A stretch of DNA of 64,000 bases from contig JBAYMN010000003.1 in assembly GCA_041663585.1 (NCBI GenBank), positions 2,438-66,437 of the forward strand, written 5' to 3'. The notes under the pieces were generated by a model. It saw nothing but the letters and a program-made list of their open reading frames with translations, was not told the origin of the DNA and ran no database searches. Both the position numbers and the translations under genes were made by a program. Of the stretch, positions 1 through 9,808 are shown piece after piece (position 1 is the stretch's first letter; every line of letters begins with the position of its first letter). Source of the DNA: Clostridia bacterium. GTDB taxonomy: Bacteria; Bacillota; Clostridia; Christensenellales; UBA1242.

Positions 1-608
1 TAATCAAATGTTAGCGCAATTTTTCCATCTTGTTTTAATATTTTGTGTAGATTTCTAATTATTCTTTTTCGCTTCTCAAGTTCTATATGTTCAAATACAC
101 AAATTGAAGTAATAACATTAAATTTGTCATTACAACTATTAACGAAATCTTCCGCATCACAGTTTATCGCTTTATAGTTTAAATTTAATTTTTTTGCTAC
201 TCGGTTAGCTTCTTCAACCAAAACTGGATTTTTATCAATAGTAATTACATTCACACCTTTAGATTCTAAATAGAAAGAAAATAAAGAACAAGCGCCTCCA
301 ATGTCTAATACAGTATCTCCTTTTTTAAATTCTATAGTATTTATTACCGTATAAATTTCCCAAATTAAAAACGAAGGATATTTTATGTCATATATTTTTG
401 GTAAAATATTTTTATAAGCATAACCCCTATTTAACTTTTCCAGCTTGTCATAAAATTTGATTTTTTCAAAATTTCCATACCATGAGCTAATATTACAATT
501 ATTTTTTGAAAATTCATCTTCAAGATTCATTATTTCTTGTAGTAAACTATTTAATTTATCTTTGTCAAAATTTTCAAGATCCATTGATTTATTTATAATT
601 TCATTCAT
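1..608 (-). CDS. Class I SAM-dependent methyltransferase, 3' end cut by the window edge
   Basis: Not in ORF track; translated by hand. ATG at 608 with AAGGA RBS, open to position 3: MNEIINKSMDLENF...VLDIGGACSLFSFYL...VITIDKN...SICVFEHIE...DGKIALTFD, typical of Methyltransf_11/23-type enzymes. Confidence 0.85.
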   Translation of the reverse strand, partial: MNEIINKSMDLENFDKDKLNSLLQEIMNLEDEFSKNNCNISSWYGNFEKIKFYDKLEKLNRGYAYKNILPKIYDIKYPSFLIWEIYTVINTIEFKKGDTVLDIGGACSLFSFYLESKGVNVITIDKNPVLVEEANRVAKKLNLNYKAINCDAEDFVNSCNDKFNVITSICVFEHIELEKRKRIIRNLHKILKQDGKIALTFD

Positions 609-809
609 TTTAAACATCCTTTTTTCAATATGACTAAAAGCACTTTTTTTAACAAAAAAACGACATTTGTAAGAGTCTCTAATAAACTTTATGTTCAAAA
701 ACTTCAATTCGAATGTCATTATCTCATAATAATATTTGTTTATTAAAGTATTAAACATAATTGTTTTTTTAAAAAATATATCATATTGTTTAGTTTATTT
801 TATAACCAT

Positions 810-838
810 ATGATATAATATATAGAATTTATTGTCAA
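810..838 (-). promoter_or_regulatory. SigmaA-type promoter for the methyltransferase gene
   Basis: TTGACA-17nt-TATCAT on the minus strand. Confidence 0.55.
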
Positions 839-1146
839 TTAAAAAATAGATTCGCATAAGTTTGGTGATAGCTATTATTAAGGCTTATATAAACGCTACT
901 CATAATACAGAATTAATTCTAATTGAAAAAAATATAAGCGTGTTGAAATATAAAATTCTTATTTTTATCAATTAATTATAATATGCAATTATAGGAGTAT
1001 TTCTTATTAATTTAATACAAATATAGAATTTGCATGCTACAATAATATGATAAAGTTAAAATTTAAGGCAGCTAAAAGTAAAGTTTATAATAATTTTGGA
1101 AGAACATTCAGACTTGCTTTAGTATAATTAAAATAACGGAGGAAAA

Positions 1147-2205
1147 ATGATCATAAGGAGCAGAGCACCTCTTCGGATTGGGTTTGCCGGCGGTGGAACA
1201 GACTTGCCGTCGTACAGTAATCAATTTGGCGGAACAGTATTTAATGCAACAATAGGAATGTATGCCTATTGTACAATTATTCCAACTGACGATAATAGAA
1301 TTAAGATTTATGCCTATGACAACGAAAATGATTTAGATACAGAAAGTGTACCTTACCTAAGAATAGATAATGATTATACACTTATCTTGCACAAAGGTAT
1401 TTATAATAGAATTGTAAAAGACTATAATAATGGTAAGCCTTTGTCTTTTGTTATGAGTACTAGTAATGATGCTCCAATAGGTTCGGGACTTGGGACTTCA
1501 TCAACTATGGTTGTCGCTATTTTGGAATGTTATAATAGATGGTTAGGGCTTGGGTTAAACGACTACCAAAAAGCCAAGCTTGCATATGAAATTGAAAGAG
1601 AAGATTTACAATTAGCAGGTGGAAAACAAGATCACTATGCTGCAGTGTTTGGCGGGTTTAATCTTATGGAGTTTAAAACCGACGGCTCTGTTATTGTTAA
1701 TTCTCTAAGGTTAGACAAAAGCAGAGTTAATGAACTTGAGTGCTCAATTTTATTATACTATTGTGGAACAAGTAGAAAATCTGCAGATATTCAAAAAAAA
1801 CTAGCAAACAATATAATTAAAGATCAAGTAACCAATACTTCAGATAAAACATTAATCACAATAAATGCAATGAAAAACCTGAAACAATTTGCGTATGATA
1901 TGAAAGATTATGTGCTTGTTGGTGATTTTGAAGGATTTTCAAATTGCCTAAAAGAAGGTTGGGAAAATAAGAAAAAAACTTCTAGCATAGTGTCAAATAA
2001 TGAATTAGAGGAAATAATAAATTATGCTTTGGAGAATGGTGCGGAATCTGTAAAGGTTTCTGGTGCTGGTGGTGGTGGCTTTTTGATTCTCTATTGTAAA
2101 CCTATTAATAGACAAAAATTAATTTATGCTATGGAAAAATTATCGGGTAAAATTTATACTGCTAAATTTTCTAAAACTGGTGTAGAAAGCTGGGTTATTA
2201 ATTAA
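1147..2205 (+). CDS. hddA: D-glycero-alpha-D-manno-heptose-7-phosphate kinase (GHMP kinase)
   Basis: RAPLRIGFAGGGTD N-terminus, APIGSGLGTSS GHMP motif, GGKQDHYAA, KVSGAGGGG; adjacent to gmhA, gmhB and hddC homologs. Confidence 0.9.
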   Translation: MIIRSRAPLRIGFAGGGTDLPSYSNQFGGTVFNATIGMYAYCTIIPTDDNRIKIYAYDNENDLDTESVPYLRIDNDYTLILHKGIYNRIVKDYNNGKPLSFVMSTSNDAPIGSGLGTSSTMVVAILECYNRWLGLGLNDYQKAKLAYEIEREDLQLAGGKQDHYAAVFGGFNLMEFKTDGSVIVNSLRLDKSRVNELECSILLYYCGTSRKSADIQKKLANNIIKDQVTNTSDKTLITINAMKNLKQFAYDMKDYVLVGDFEGFSNCLKEGWENKKKTSSIVSNNELEEIINYALENGAESVKVSGAGGGGFLILYCKPINRQKLIYAMEKLSGKIYTAKFSKTGVESWVIN

Positions 2206-2214
2206 AGGAGACTT

Positions 2215-3525
2215 ATGAAAGCATTAATAATGGCTGGCGGAAAAGGCACAAGGTTAATAGAAATAACCAAAAACTTACTGCCAAAACCAATGGTTCAACT
2301 GAATAAAAAAACATTGCTAGAGTATGCAATAGAAAATTTAATGGATTATGGTATTGATGAAATCTTTATTTCAATTGGGTATATGCATGAGATAATAGAA
2401 AACTATTTTAAAAATAAAGATTATGGAATAAAGATAACATTTATAGTTGAAAATGAAACTCTTGGTTCAGGTGGAGCACTTTATTATTTAAAGAATAAAA
2501 TTGATGGTAATTTTATTGTCTGTATGGGTGATGCCCTTTTTAACATAAACATTGATAAAATGCTAAAATTTCACGAATCGAATAATTCCTTAGCAACTAT
2601 GTTAACTCATCCCAATTCTCATCCCTATGATAGTGATTTGATTATTAGTAATAATAACTACAAAGTTTTAAGAATAGATAATAAAAATAACTCACGCACA
2701 TTTTATTATAAAAACAATGTTAATGCTGGATTTTTTATAATCAATTCAAAAGCACTTAATTACTTTGACAAATTAAAAAAGGTTTCAATGGAAGGCGATT
2801 TTATAAACAGTCTTTTATATAATGGAGAAAATGTGTTTGCATATAAATCCACAGAATACATTAAAGACTTAGGCACTCCAGAAAGATATTATCAAGCGCT
2901 TGACGACATTAAGTACAATTTGCCTAAAAAAAGGAATTTGAAAAATAAACAAAAAGCAATTTTTTTAGATAGAGATGGCACATTAAATGTATATAAAGGG
3001 TTCTTGAAAGATAAGAAAGATTTAGAATTAATTGATGGCGTTATTGATGCCATAAGGCTTATAAATCAAAGCGAGTATTTGGCGATTATTGTCTCCAATC
3101 AACCTGTTATTGCTAGAGGTGAATGCACTTTTGAAGAGCAGGAAGAAATTTTTAGTAAACTAGAAACGTTATTGGGTGAAAGTGGTGTGTACATAGACGG
3201 ATTCTATTATTGTCCCCATCACCCGCATAACGGTTATGACAGAGAAGTAAAGGTTCTTAAATGTGATTGTGAATGTAGAAAACCTAAAATTGGAATGCTA
3301 ATGAAAGCAGTTGAAGATTTTAATTTAGATCTTGACAAATGTGTAATTATTGGAGATACTGATGTTGATATTAAAACCGGTAAAAATGCAAATATACAGA
3401 CATTTAGGGTGTTATCTGGAAAATGTGAAGAATCAAAAGAAAAAGAGGATTACAAATTTAACAATCTCTATGATGCAATTAAATTTATTTTAGAAAGGGG
3501 GACTTATGAAAACTACAACAAGTGA
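2215..3525 (+). CDS. Fused heptose-1-phosphate guanylyltransferase (HddC-like) and heptose-1,7-bisphosphate phosphatase (GmhB)
   Basis: N-terminal IMAGGKGTRL...KPM nucleotidyltransferase domain; C-terminal HAD domain FLDRDGT, SNQ, CPHHP...CECRKP, IGD. Confidence 0.9.
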   Translation: MKALIMAGGKGTRLIEITKNLLPKPMVQLNKKTLLEYAIENLMDYGIDEIFISIGYMHEIIENYFKNKDYGIKITFIVENETLGSGGALYYLKNKIDGNFIVCMGDALFNINIDKMLKFHESNNSLATMLTHPNSHPYDSDLIISNNNYKVLRIDNKNNSRTFYYKNNVNAGFFIINSKALNYFDKLKKVSMEGDFINSLLYNGENVFAYKSTEYIKDLGTPERYYQALDDIKYNLPKKRNLKNKQKAIFLDRDGTLNVYKGFLKDKKDLELIDGVIDAIRLINQSEYLAIIVSNQPVIARGECTFEEQEEIFSKLETLLGESGVYIDGFYYCPHHPHNGYDREVKVLKCDCECRKPKIGMLMKAVEDFNLDLDKCVIIGDTDVDIKTGKNANIQTFRVLSGKCEESKEKEDYKFNNLYDAIKFILERGTYENYNK

Positions 3526-4150
3526 AATAATTGAAAAATTTATTGAAAGAATACCGCAATTAGATTATTTAAAAGAGAAGATTATTAACGTAGTTAATGA
3601 AATATGTTTACTAAAAACAAATTCTAATAAAATAATGCTTTGTGGGAATGGTGGAAGTGCTGCCGATTGTGAACATATGGCGGGAGAATTGAACAAAAGT
3701 TTTATGTTAAAAAGACGTATTACTGATGATCTTTTTCAAAAACTATTAAGATTGTTTCCAAATGATTCAGAAAAATTTGTCAATAATTTACAACAATCTA
3801 TCCCTTGCATTCCTTTTACCTCCTTCATTTCAACGAATACTGCATATATTAATGACTGTGACCCTGATTTGTTGTTTGCCCAACTTTTGTACTCACTTGG
3901 ACAAAAGAACGATATTTTAATATGCTTTACCACATCGGGAAATAGCAAAAATGTCCTTTATTCTGCAAAACTTGCAAAGGTTCTTGGAATTAAAATCATT
4001 TCGTTTACAGGAGAAAATGGAGGGAAAATTAAAACACTTTCTGATATTAATTTAAATGTTCCATCTGAATGTGTATATCTTATTCAAGAATTGCATATAC
4101 CTTTATACCATTTAATTTGTTTGGCAGTTGAAAATGAATTGTTTAGCTAA
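3506..4150 (+). CDS. gmhA: Phosphoheptose isomerase (SIS domain)
   Basis: CGNGGSAADCEH, TTSGNSKNV, IQELH motifs; overlaps the previous gene by 20 nt. Confidence 0.88.
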   Translation: MKTTTSEIIEKFIERIPQLDYLKEKIINVVNEICLLKTNSNKIMLCGNGGSAADCEHMAGELNKSFMLKRRITDDLFQKLLRLFPNDSEKFVNNLQQSIPCIPFTSFISTNTAYINDCDPDLLFAQLLYSLGQKNDILICFTTSGNSKNVLYSAKLAKVLGIKIISFTGENGGKIKTLSDINLNVPSECVYLIQELHIPLYHLICLAVENELFS

Positions 4151-4155
4151 TAAAA

Positions 4156-4176
4156 ACACCACTTTACTGGTGTATT
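4156..4176 (+). terminator. Probable intrinsic terminator after gmhA
   Basis: ACACCA-ctttac-TGGTGT hairpin right after the stop codon. Confidence 0.5.
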
Positions 4177-4233
4177 GTGAACGCTGTGTGGTTAATTTCA
4201 TTTATTAGTGTTTTTACTTCTGTTTCCAAACTT

Positions 4234-4285
4234 CTTAAAATCCCTCGAGGGCAACTTCATGCCGGTTCGAGTCCGGCCCTCGCCA
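4234..4285 (+). pseudogene. 3' half of tRNA-Leu(TAA), attR-like fragment
   Basis: Anticodon loop CTTAAAA, 3' anticodon stem TCCCT, variable arm GAGG-GCAA-CTTC, T-arm GCCGG-TTCGAGT-CCGGC, acceptor 3' strand CCTCGCC plus A. Upstream DNA has no matching acceptor 5' strand or D-arm. Confidence 0.85.
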
Positions 4286-4314
4286 TGTAAAATTAATTTA
4301 CAACTAATTTTACA
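4286..4314. terminator. Hairpin after the tRNA fragment, also convergent with the P-type ATPase gene
   Basis: TGTAAAATTA-9nt-TAATTTTACA inverted repeat. Confidence 0.5.
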
Positions 4315-4347
4315 CACTTTTATAACTAATTTAATAATAAACTTTGT

Positions 4348-6915
4348 TTATTTCTTATTAAACACGCTCACAATGCCCGTATAAACAGGATAAGATGCTT
4401 GGACTAATACAATTACAAATAATGTGTTTTGAAGACTTAACGAAACATATTCAAAGAATGTAGATGGTACAAATATTAGTAGCATTGCACTTAATAATAA
4501 CATCGCACAATACAAAATGCTTCTAAACAAATCAAATGGTTTACATAATTTTAATAAAATTAATAATCCAGTAAAAGTAACCGAAAGTGATGCCATAGTT
4601 TCAAACTGCCCGCCTACTCCAATAAACAAGTCAAACACATAGCACGCAACTACATTAAGTGTCAAAATTAACGCACCAGGAAATGATTTAACTAGTAAAT
4701 TAGACAAGAACTTTCCTTTAATTCTTTCGGTGTTAGCCTGCATAGCAAGGAAGAATGAAGGAATACCTATAACAATAGATTCTAGCATTAATATTTGATT
4801 GGTATTAAACGGGTATTCCTTAGCAAATATTAGGCAAAGCACAGAAATTAAAATTGTAAATATTGTTTTCATTAAAAACAGCGAACTGCTTTTTTGTATA
4901 TTGTTAACTACTCGCCTTCCTTCTGCTACTACGCTTGGCATACTAGCAAAACTGCTGTCAAGTAATACTAAATTGCTTATATTTCGTGTTGCCTCGCTAC
5001 CGCTTGCCATTGCAATAGAACAATCTGCCTCTTTAAGGGCCAAAATATCATTTACACCATCGCCAGTCATAGCAACTTTATGTCCTTTGCTTTTTAGTGC
5101 TTTTATTAAAATATATTTTTGTTCGGGCGAAACTCTTCCAAACACTGTATATTTATCTGCCGCTGCAATAACTTCTTGTTCATTTAGCCCGTATAAACTT
5201 ATAAAATGTTCGGCTCCGGCAACGCCTACGCGTTTGCTTACTTCACTAACGGTTATAGGATTATCACCTGAAATTATTTTAATTTTTACATCATTATTTC
5301 TAAACCATTTTATAGTTTCGGTTGCATCTTCTCTAATGTGGTCTTCAATTACAATTATTGCAATAGGCTTGCGTTTTGTTGGTAAAGCATCTGCCGAAAT
5401 TGTACCTTCACATTTAACAAGTAAAAGTGTTCTAAACCCCTTAGAAGTATACTGTTTAATTAATTGTTCAAGTGAGCCATCTTTTGCTTTATAAACAAAC
5501 TCCGGAGCACCAAAAGCATATGTTTGCCCATTGCTAAATGTTACAGCGCTTAATTTACGACTACTGCTAAATGGCAAGACTGTTTTTGCGGTTAATTCGC
5601 GACTCACTCCAAAATAATTAAGCATTGCAACCGAAGTTTGATTATTGTCATCTAAGGCGGCTAACATTGAACCCATGATTTCGCCTACTGTATTAGGTAA
5701 ACTATGTTCCAACTGTAAAACTACATTAACTTTCATTGTCCCATCAGTTATTGTTCCAGTTTTATCTAAACAAAGCATATCGGCACGAGCAAGCATTTCT
5801 ATGCTGTATAAATCCTGAACGAGCGTACGCTTTTTTGCAAGTTTTACAACACCAACAGCAAGAGTTAAACTTGTTAACAAAAACATTCCAGCTGGAATCA
5901 TACCAATTACCGAACCAGCAGTTTTTTTGACTGTTTCGGGCAAATTTTCTAATACAGAATAATTATTGTTGAACATTAATATTGCAAGTGGAATAATTAT
6001 AACCGCAATCAATTTTATTACTAATCTTAAACTGCCAAGAAGTTCACTTTTGGGCTTTTTATATTGTTTTGCTTGCGCGGCAAGAATTGAAGAATAGTTA
6101 AAATCGCCAACTTTGTCAACTTGGGCAACGCATTTTCCACTAACTACAAAACTTCCACTTAGTAATGTATCGCCTTTCTTTTTCTTTATAGCAACGCTTT
6201 CACCCGTAAGTAGACTTTCGTTAACTTCTAGTTCGCCTTCAAGTATTATACTATCGGCGCAAATCTGTTTACCAGAAACATAACTAACAACATCATCTAG
6301 CACAATCTCTTTAATAGGAAGTGTAACAAATTTGCCATTTCTTAGCACTTCGGCGGTAGGTGCGGTTATTAGTGAAATTTTCTCTATTGTAACTTTTGCT
6401 TTAATTTCTTGAATAATTCCTATTGCCATATTAGCGATAATGGTAATCATAAATACTAAATTAGTAAATGCCCCTACCCCAATCAAAGCAGCAGAAACCA
6501 AAAAGCATAACAAATTGAAAAAAGTAAAAATATTACTAAAAAATATATTGCGGTATGTCTTTATATTTTTATTTTCAATAGTATTAACATAACCGCTAAT
6601 TTTTCGCTCTTCAACTTGTTCATTTGTTAAACCAAGTTTTGCAGTAACACTATATCTAACTGCATCTTCAATTCTTAAATTTTTAGGTTTTTTATACTTT
6701 ACTACAATAGGCTTACCGTTTTTATCGGTTAGTTTTTTATCTTTATTTTCTGTGGTTATAGTTGTTTCATTACTAACGTTAGTAATTTCTGCGGGTAAAA
6801 CCTCATTAACTATATTATTTTTTTCACTGCGTGATTTTTTAATTAAGGTCGTACTTTCACTAGATAAGGTATTGATAATTTCAGTTTTATTTTGTGCAGA
6901 TACATTTTTAGCCAT
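4348..6915 (-). CDS. Cation-transporting P-type ATPase (HAD-IC, CtpE-like)
   Basis: TGES, DKTGT phosphorylation motif, GDN, TGDGVND; membrane motif IPAGM. Confidence 0.92.
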   Translation of the reverse strand: MAKNVSAQNKTEIINTLSSESTTLIKKSRSEKNNIVNEVLPAEITNVSNETTITTENKDKKLTDKNGKPIVVKYKKPKNLRIEDAVRYSVTAKLGLTNEQVEERKISGYVNTIENKNIKTYRNIFFSNIFTFFNLLCFLVSAALIGVGAFTNLVFMITIIANMAIGIIQEIKAKVTIEKISLITAPTAEVLRNGKFVTLPIKEIVLDDVVSYVSGKQICADSIILEGELEVNESLLTGESVAIKKKKGDTLLSGSFVVSGKCVAQVDKVGDFNYSSILAAQAKQYKKPKSELLGSLRLVIKLIAVIIIPLAILMFNNNYSVLENLPETVKKTAGSVIGMIPAGMFLLTSLTLAVGVVKLAKKRTLVQDLYSIEMLARADMLCLDKTGTITDGTMKVNVVLQLEHSLPNTVGEIMGSMLAALDDNNQTSVAMLNYFGVSRELTAKTVLPFSSSRKLSAVTFSNGQTYAFGAPEFVYKAKDGSLEQLIKQYTSKGFRTLLLVKCEGTISADALPTKRKPIAIIVIEDHIREDATETIKWFRNNDVKIKIISGDNPITVSEVSKRVGVAGAEHFISLYGLNEQEVIAAADKYTVFGRVSPEQKYILIKALKSKGHKVAMTGDGVNDILALKEADCSIAMASGSEATRNISNLVLLDSSFASMPSVVAEGRRVVNNIQKSSSLFLMKTIFTILISVLCLIFAKEYPFNTNQILMLESIVIGIPSFFLAMQANTERIKGKFLSNLLVKSFPGALILTLNVVACYVFDLFIGVGGQFETMASLSVTFTGLLILLKLCKPFDLFRSILYCAMLLLSAMLLIFVPSTFFEYVSLSLQNTLFVIVLVQASYPVYTGIVSVFNKK

Positions 6916-7018
6916 TTTTTATATATTCCTTTGATTTATTTAATATTTTAATTATTATAGTGTCTTATTGTAACATAAAAAATAAATTTTCTCAATCAAA
7001 CAATTAGATTTAAATAAA

Positions 7019-7044
7019 AATACCGCTAAATTTTAAGCGGTATT
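7019..7044 (-). terminator. Intrinsic terminator of the ECF sigma / anti-sigma transcript
   Basis: AATACCGCT-8nt-AGCGGTATT followed by a T-run on the minus strand. Confidence 0.75.
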
Positions 7045-7065
7045 AATGATTTATAATAGGTTTTC

Positions 7066-8151
7066 TTATTGCCCGTTTCGCTCCTTATTATATTCATAAG
7101 AATTATGACCATTAGTTCTTACAGTATATTTATACCTATAATTACAATAAACCTCATCATATTCTGCTTCAATCTCAATATTTCCAATTTCATTATCGGC
7201 ACCATTATTAATAGAATACGAAATTTTAATGCAAGATTTCTCGTTTACTGTTTCGCTCTTAATAGTATAGTCATATGTTGAACCTTCTGAATTTTGTATT
7301 TTTAATTTTGTAATTAATTTATTATTTTCAGTGTGTAACGAGATTTCACTAGATGTATAAAGTTCAGATGCAACATAAACTTTGTAAGCAAATTTTTGTT
7401 CTTCATTTTCTACTTTATAAGTTACAGTAACATAATTATCTATATCAAGTGGCGAACTATATATTGTAAAGGTAATTTTTTGCTCTTCTAATATATTTTC
7501 TTGTTTGCCGTTAAAAGGATACTCTATATCATTTAAAATAGCAATTCCGCTTAATTCAAGTACTTCTTCATTGATAATATTATAATAAATTGTGTACAAT
7601 TTTTCCGCATTAATCATATCATTAGCCGAAAATACAATTTTATAACTATATTCTAGCCTATCTGATATTAAGTTTTCATAATTAATTGTGCTTTTATCGC
7701 CCATAAAATCTTCTAAAACATTTATATGGCTATTTAAATCATCTAAACCAGCATCTATAAGTATATTGTCATCATTATTATTGCCATTTCCACTTCCTTT
7801 CCCACTTAAATTCAACTCGTATAAATCCATATTTATATCTAACATTTTAGCAGCGGAAAGTGTAGAAAAAGTATAAACTTGTTCACTTGTTTCAAATCCT
7901 ACTTCTAAATTGGTAGTACTCGGTTTAACCAAAGTGTAAATTAATAAACTTGCACTAATTACTAGTAGTATAGCAAGCGAAAATTTGAAAATAAGTGGCA
8001 AACTAAATTTTAATTTTATAGGTTTTTTAACTATTGCTTTTTCTTTATTTTCAATAATATTAATATTATTTAAGTCAATACGACTAGAAATGTCGGGGGT
8101 ATTATCAATAATGTAATCTTTGCATAAATTTTTAAATTTATTCTTATTCAT
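7066..8151 (-). CDS. Putative anti-sigma factor: short cytoplasmic N-terminus, one TM helix, about 280 aa extracellular domain
   Basis: Overlaps the ECF sigma stop codon; TM segment FKFSLAILLVISASLLIYTLV. The extracellular part aligns along its length with the lipoprotein at 8749-9777. Confidence 0.75.
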   Translation of the reverse strand: MNKNKFKNLCKDYIIDNTPDISSRIDLNNINIIENKEKAIVKKPIKLKFSLPLIFKFSLAILLVISASLLIYTLVKPSTTNLEVGFETSEQVYTFSTLSAAKMLDINMDLYELNLSGKGSGNGNNNDDNILIDAGLDDLNSHINVLEDFMGDKSTINYENLISDRLEYSYKIVFSANDMINAEKLYTIYYNIINEEVLELSGIAILNDIEYPFNGKQENILEEQKITFTIYSSPLDIDNYVTVTYKVENEEQKFAYKVYVASELYTSSEISLHTENNKLITKLKIQNSEGSTYDYTIKSETVNEKSCIKISYSINNGADNEIGNIEIEAEYDEVYCNYRYKYTVRTNGHNSYEYNKERNGQ

Positions 8152-8674
8152 TAATGCTTACCTCCTTCAAATTTTTAACACGTTTAATTGCCCTATTATA
8201 GTTTGTAAGAACTGTACCTAGTGGCATATTAAGAACGCTTGCAATATCTTTAAATTTCATACCTTCTGTTAAATGTAATAGCAAGATTTGTCGTTCGCTA
8301 ACACTAAATTTTTCTAATATCTGTTTTGCAAAAAGTTTATTATCATTATTGTCCTCGGTTGCCGGCAATAGATATTCTTGTTCTTCGGTATCTATTACAA
8401 CATAATGTTGTCGTTTTCTATAATAATCAATAGCACAATTTTTTGCTATTGTAAGTAACCAATTTTTAAAATTTTTATTTTTATCATAATAATTAATATA
8501 AGAAAGCATTTTTATATATGTATCTTGCATAACATCTTCTGCTAAACTTTTATCTTTGACAACCGCAATAATTATCGCAAAGACAGATTGTTTTGTTTCT
8601 TGATACACATATTGAAATGCTTCCCTGTTTTTTTGAACTAATAATTCTATATAACAGCCAAAGTCAATTTTCAA
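8144..8674 (-). CDS. ECF family RNA polymerase sigma factor
   Basis: 176 aa; region 2 AEDVMQDTYIK...FKNWLLTIAKNCAIDYYRK and region 4 ERQILLL...KDIASVLNMPLGTV; TTG start with AGGAG RBS. Confidence 0.92.
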   Translation of the reverse strand: MKIDFGCYIELLVQKNREAFQYVYQETKQSVFAIIIAVVKDKSLAEDVMQDTYIKMLSYINYYDKNKNFKNWLLTIAKNCAIDYYRKRQHYVVIDTEEQEYLLPATEDNNDNKLFAKQILEKFSVSERQILLLHLTEGMKFKDIASVLNMPLGTVLTNYNRAIKRVKNLKEVSINE

Positions 8675-8700
8675 AAATGATTCTCCTTTTGTATGTGGCT

Positions 8701-8709
8701 ATTATACCA
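8701..8709 (-). promoter_or_regulatory. Extended -10 sigmaA-type promoter upstream of the ECF sigma gene
   Basis: TGGTATAAT (TGnTATAAT) on the minus strand, 26 nt before the TTG start. Confidence 0.5.
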
Positions 8710-8748
8710 TAAATTTTGTAATGTAAAAACTATTTATTCTGATATATA

Positions 8749-9777
8749 TTAATCATTATTGTGTTCTTCATTTTGTTCTTGATTTCTATGCTGATGGCGT
8801 TCTTGATTCATTGTTAATTCGCCTTCTTTATTTTCAGCCTTAACATAATATTCATAAGTATTTTCGCCAGTTTCTTCATTGATAATTACTTTAACTTTAA
8901 TGTTACCTTTTTCTATAAGACTAGTTTCATCGGCAACCTTATATTTAATTTTAATTATTGTTTCGCCATCTTCTATTTCTTTTTTAAATGTGTATTCGCC
9001 TTTGTTTCCGCCTTCAATAAACTGTAATCTAATTTTTACACCATCTTCTTCTTGTTCAAGTTTAATTTGAGTTTTAGTTTGGATAGTGCCATTAGCAACT
9101 ACTTCATACATAAATTTTTTTTCCAAACTATCAATTTCGTATTTAACTTTTACATAATTGTCTTTGTCAATTTTACTAAACATAATAATTTCTTGTTCGT
9201 CGCCTTCATTTCTAATCAAGCCTTCAAGTGCATATTCATTTTCACCTACAACAATAAGACCGTTTAGCATAACTTCATACTGTGCTTGCACTGTTTCATC
9301 AGATATGTCATCTTGATGGACTGCATCAGTTTCGTCAATTTCTGCTGTAACTTCTTCATTATAATATAAAGTATAAACTAAACTATTGCCTAAAATGTCC
9401 CTTGTGGTATAGACTAATTTAACAGTATATTCCACTCGGTTGGAAACTTGCGATTCGACTGTTAATGCAGAATCATCGCCTAAATACTGTTCCATAACAT
9501 TTAAGTACTTGTTAATTTCGTCCATCTGGTCTTCTACGGCAAGATTAAAACCAGAACCCGCCATGCTTAAACTTGGTGCGTATGAGAGCGGTAAAGTGGT
9601 GTTTGTTAATAAATCTGCATCAAGCAATTCAGCAGATGAAAGTGCCGAAAAAGCATACACTTCTTGTGCGCTATTAAAAGAAATATATCCTGCTATGTCT
9701 TCGCCTTCACAGCCTATAAAAGCAAGACTGCTTGCAAGCATTACACCTGCTAATAGTATTTTTGGTAATTTTTTCAT
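8749..9777 (-). CDS. Acidic lipoprotein, paralog of the anti-sigma extracellular domain
   Basis: Signal peptide MKKLPKILLAGVMLASSLAFIG-C (lipobox). Blocks such as FNSAQEVYAFSALSSAELLD match FETSEQVYTFSTLSAAKMLD in 7066-8151. Confidence 0.85.
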   Translation of the reverse strand: MKKLPKILLAGVMLASSLAFIGCEGEDIAGYISFNSAQEVYAFSALSSAELLDADLLTNTTLPLSYAPSLSMAGSGFNLAVEDQMDEINKYLNVMEQYLGDDSALTVESQVSNRVEYTVKLVYTTRDILGNSLVYTLYYNEEVTAEIDETDAVHQDDISDETVQAQYEVMLNGLIVVGENEYALEGLIRNEGDEQEIIMFSKIDKDNYVKVKYEIDSLEKKFMYEVVANGTIQTKTQIKLEQEEDGVKIRLQFIEGGNKGEYTFKKEIEDGETIIKIKYKVADETSLIEKGNIKVKVIINEETGENTYEYYVKAENKEGELTMNQERHQHRNQEQNEEHNND

Positions 9778-9808
9778 AATTAAAAACCTCCTTCGTTTTA
9801 TAATATAG

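Larger units (their letters stand above)
1..4285. mobile_element. Right-hand part of a genomic island integrated in tRNA-Leu (left boundary outside the window)
   Basis: Surface-glycan cargo genes, very AT-rich, partly on the strand opposite to the core genes, ending in a tRNA 3' fragment. No integrase in the window, so this is an inference. Confidence 0.6.

Noticed and set aside
609-719. In-frame upstream ATG at 719 extending the methyltransferase
   Set aside because: The ATG at 608 has the RBS; the extension is low-complexity.
4200-4290. Functional tRNA-Leu gene
   Set aside because: No 5' acceptor strand or D-arm upstream of the anticodon loop; kept as an att-like fragment.
4799-5494. 231-aa plus-strand ORF, and similar track ORFs such as 14868-15221, 18751-19146, 26019-26369, 31902-32303, 44133-44534, 60705-61283 and 59539-59808
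   Set aside because: All lie antisense to well-supported genes, lack an RBS or motifs, and read like shadow frames.
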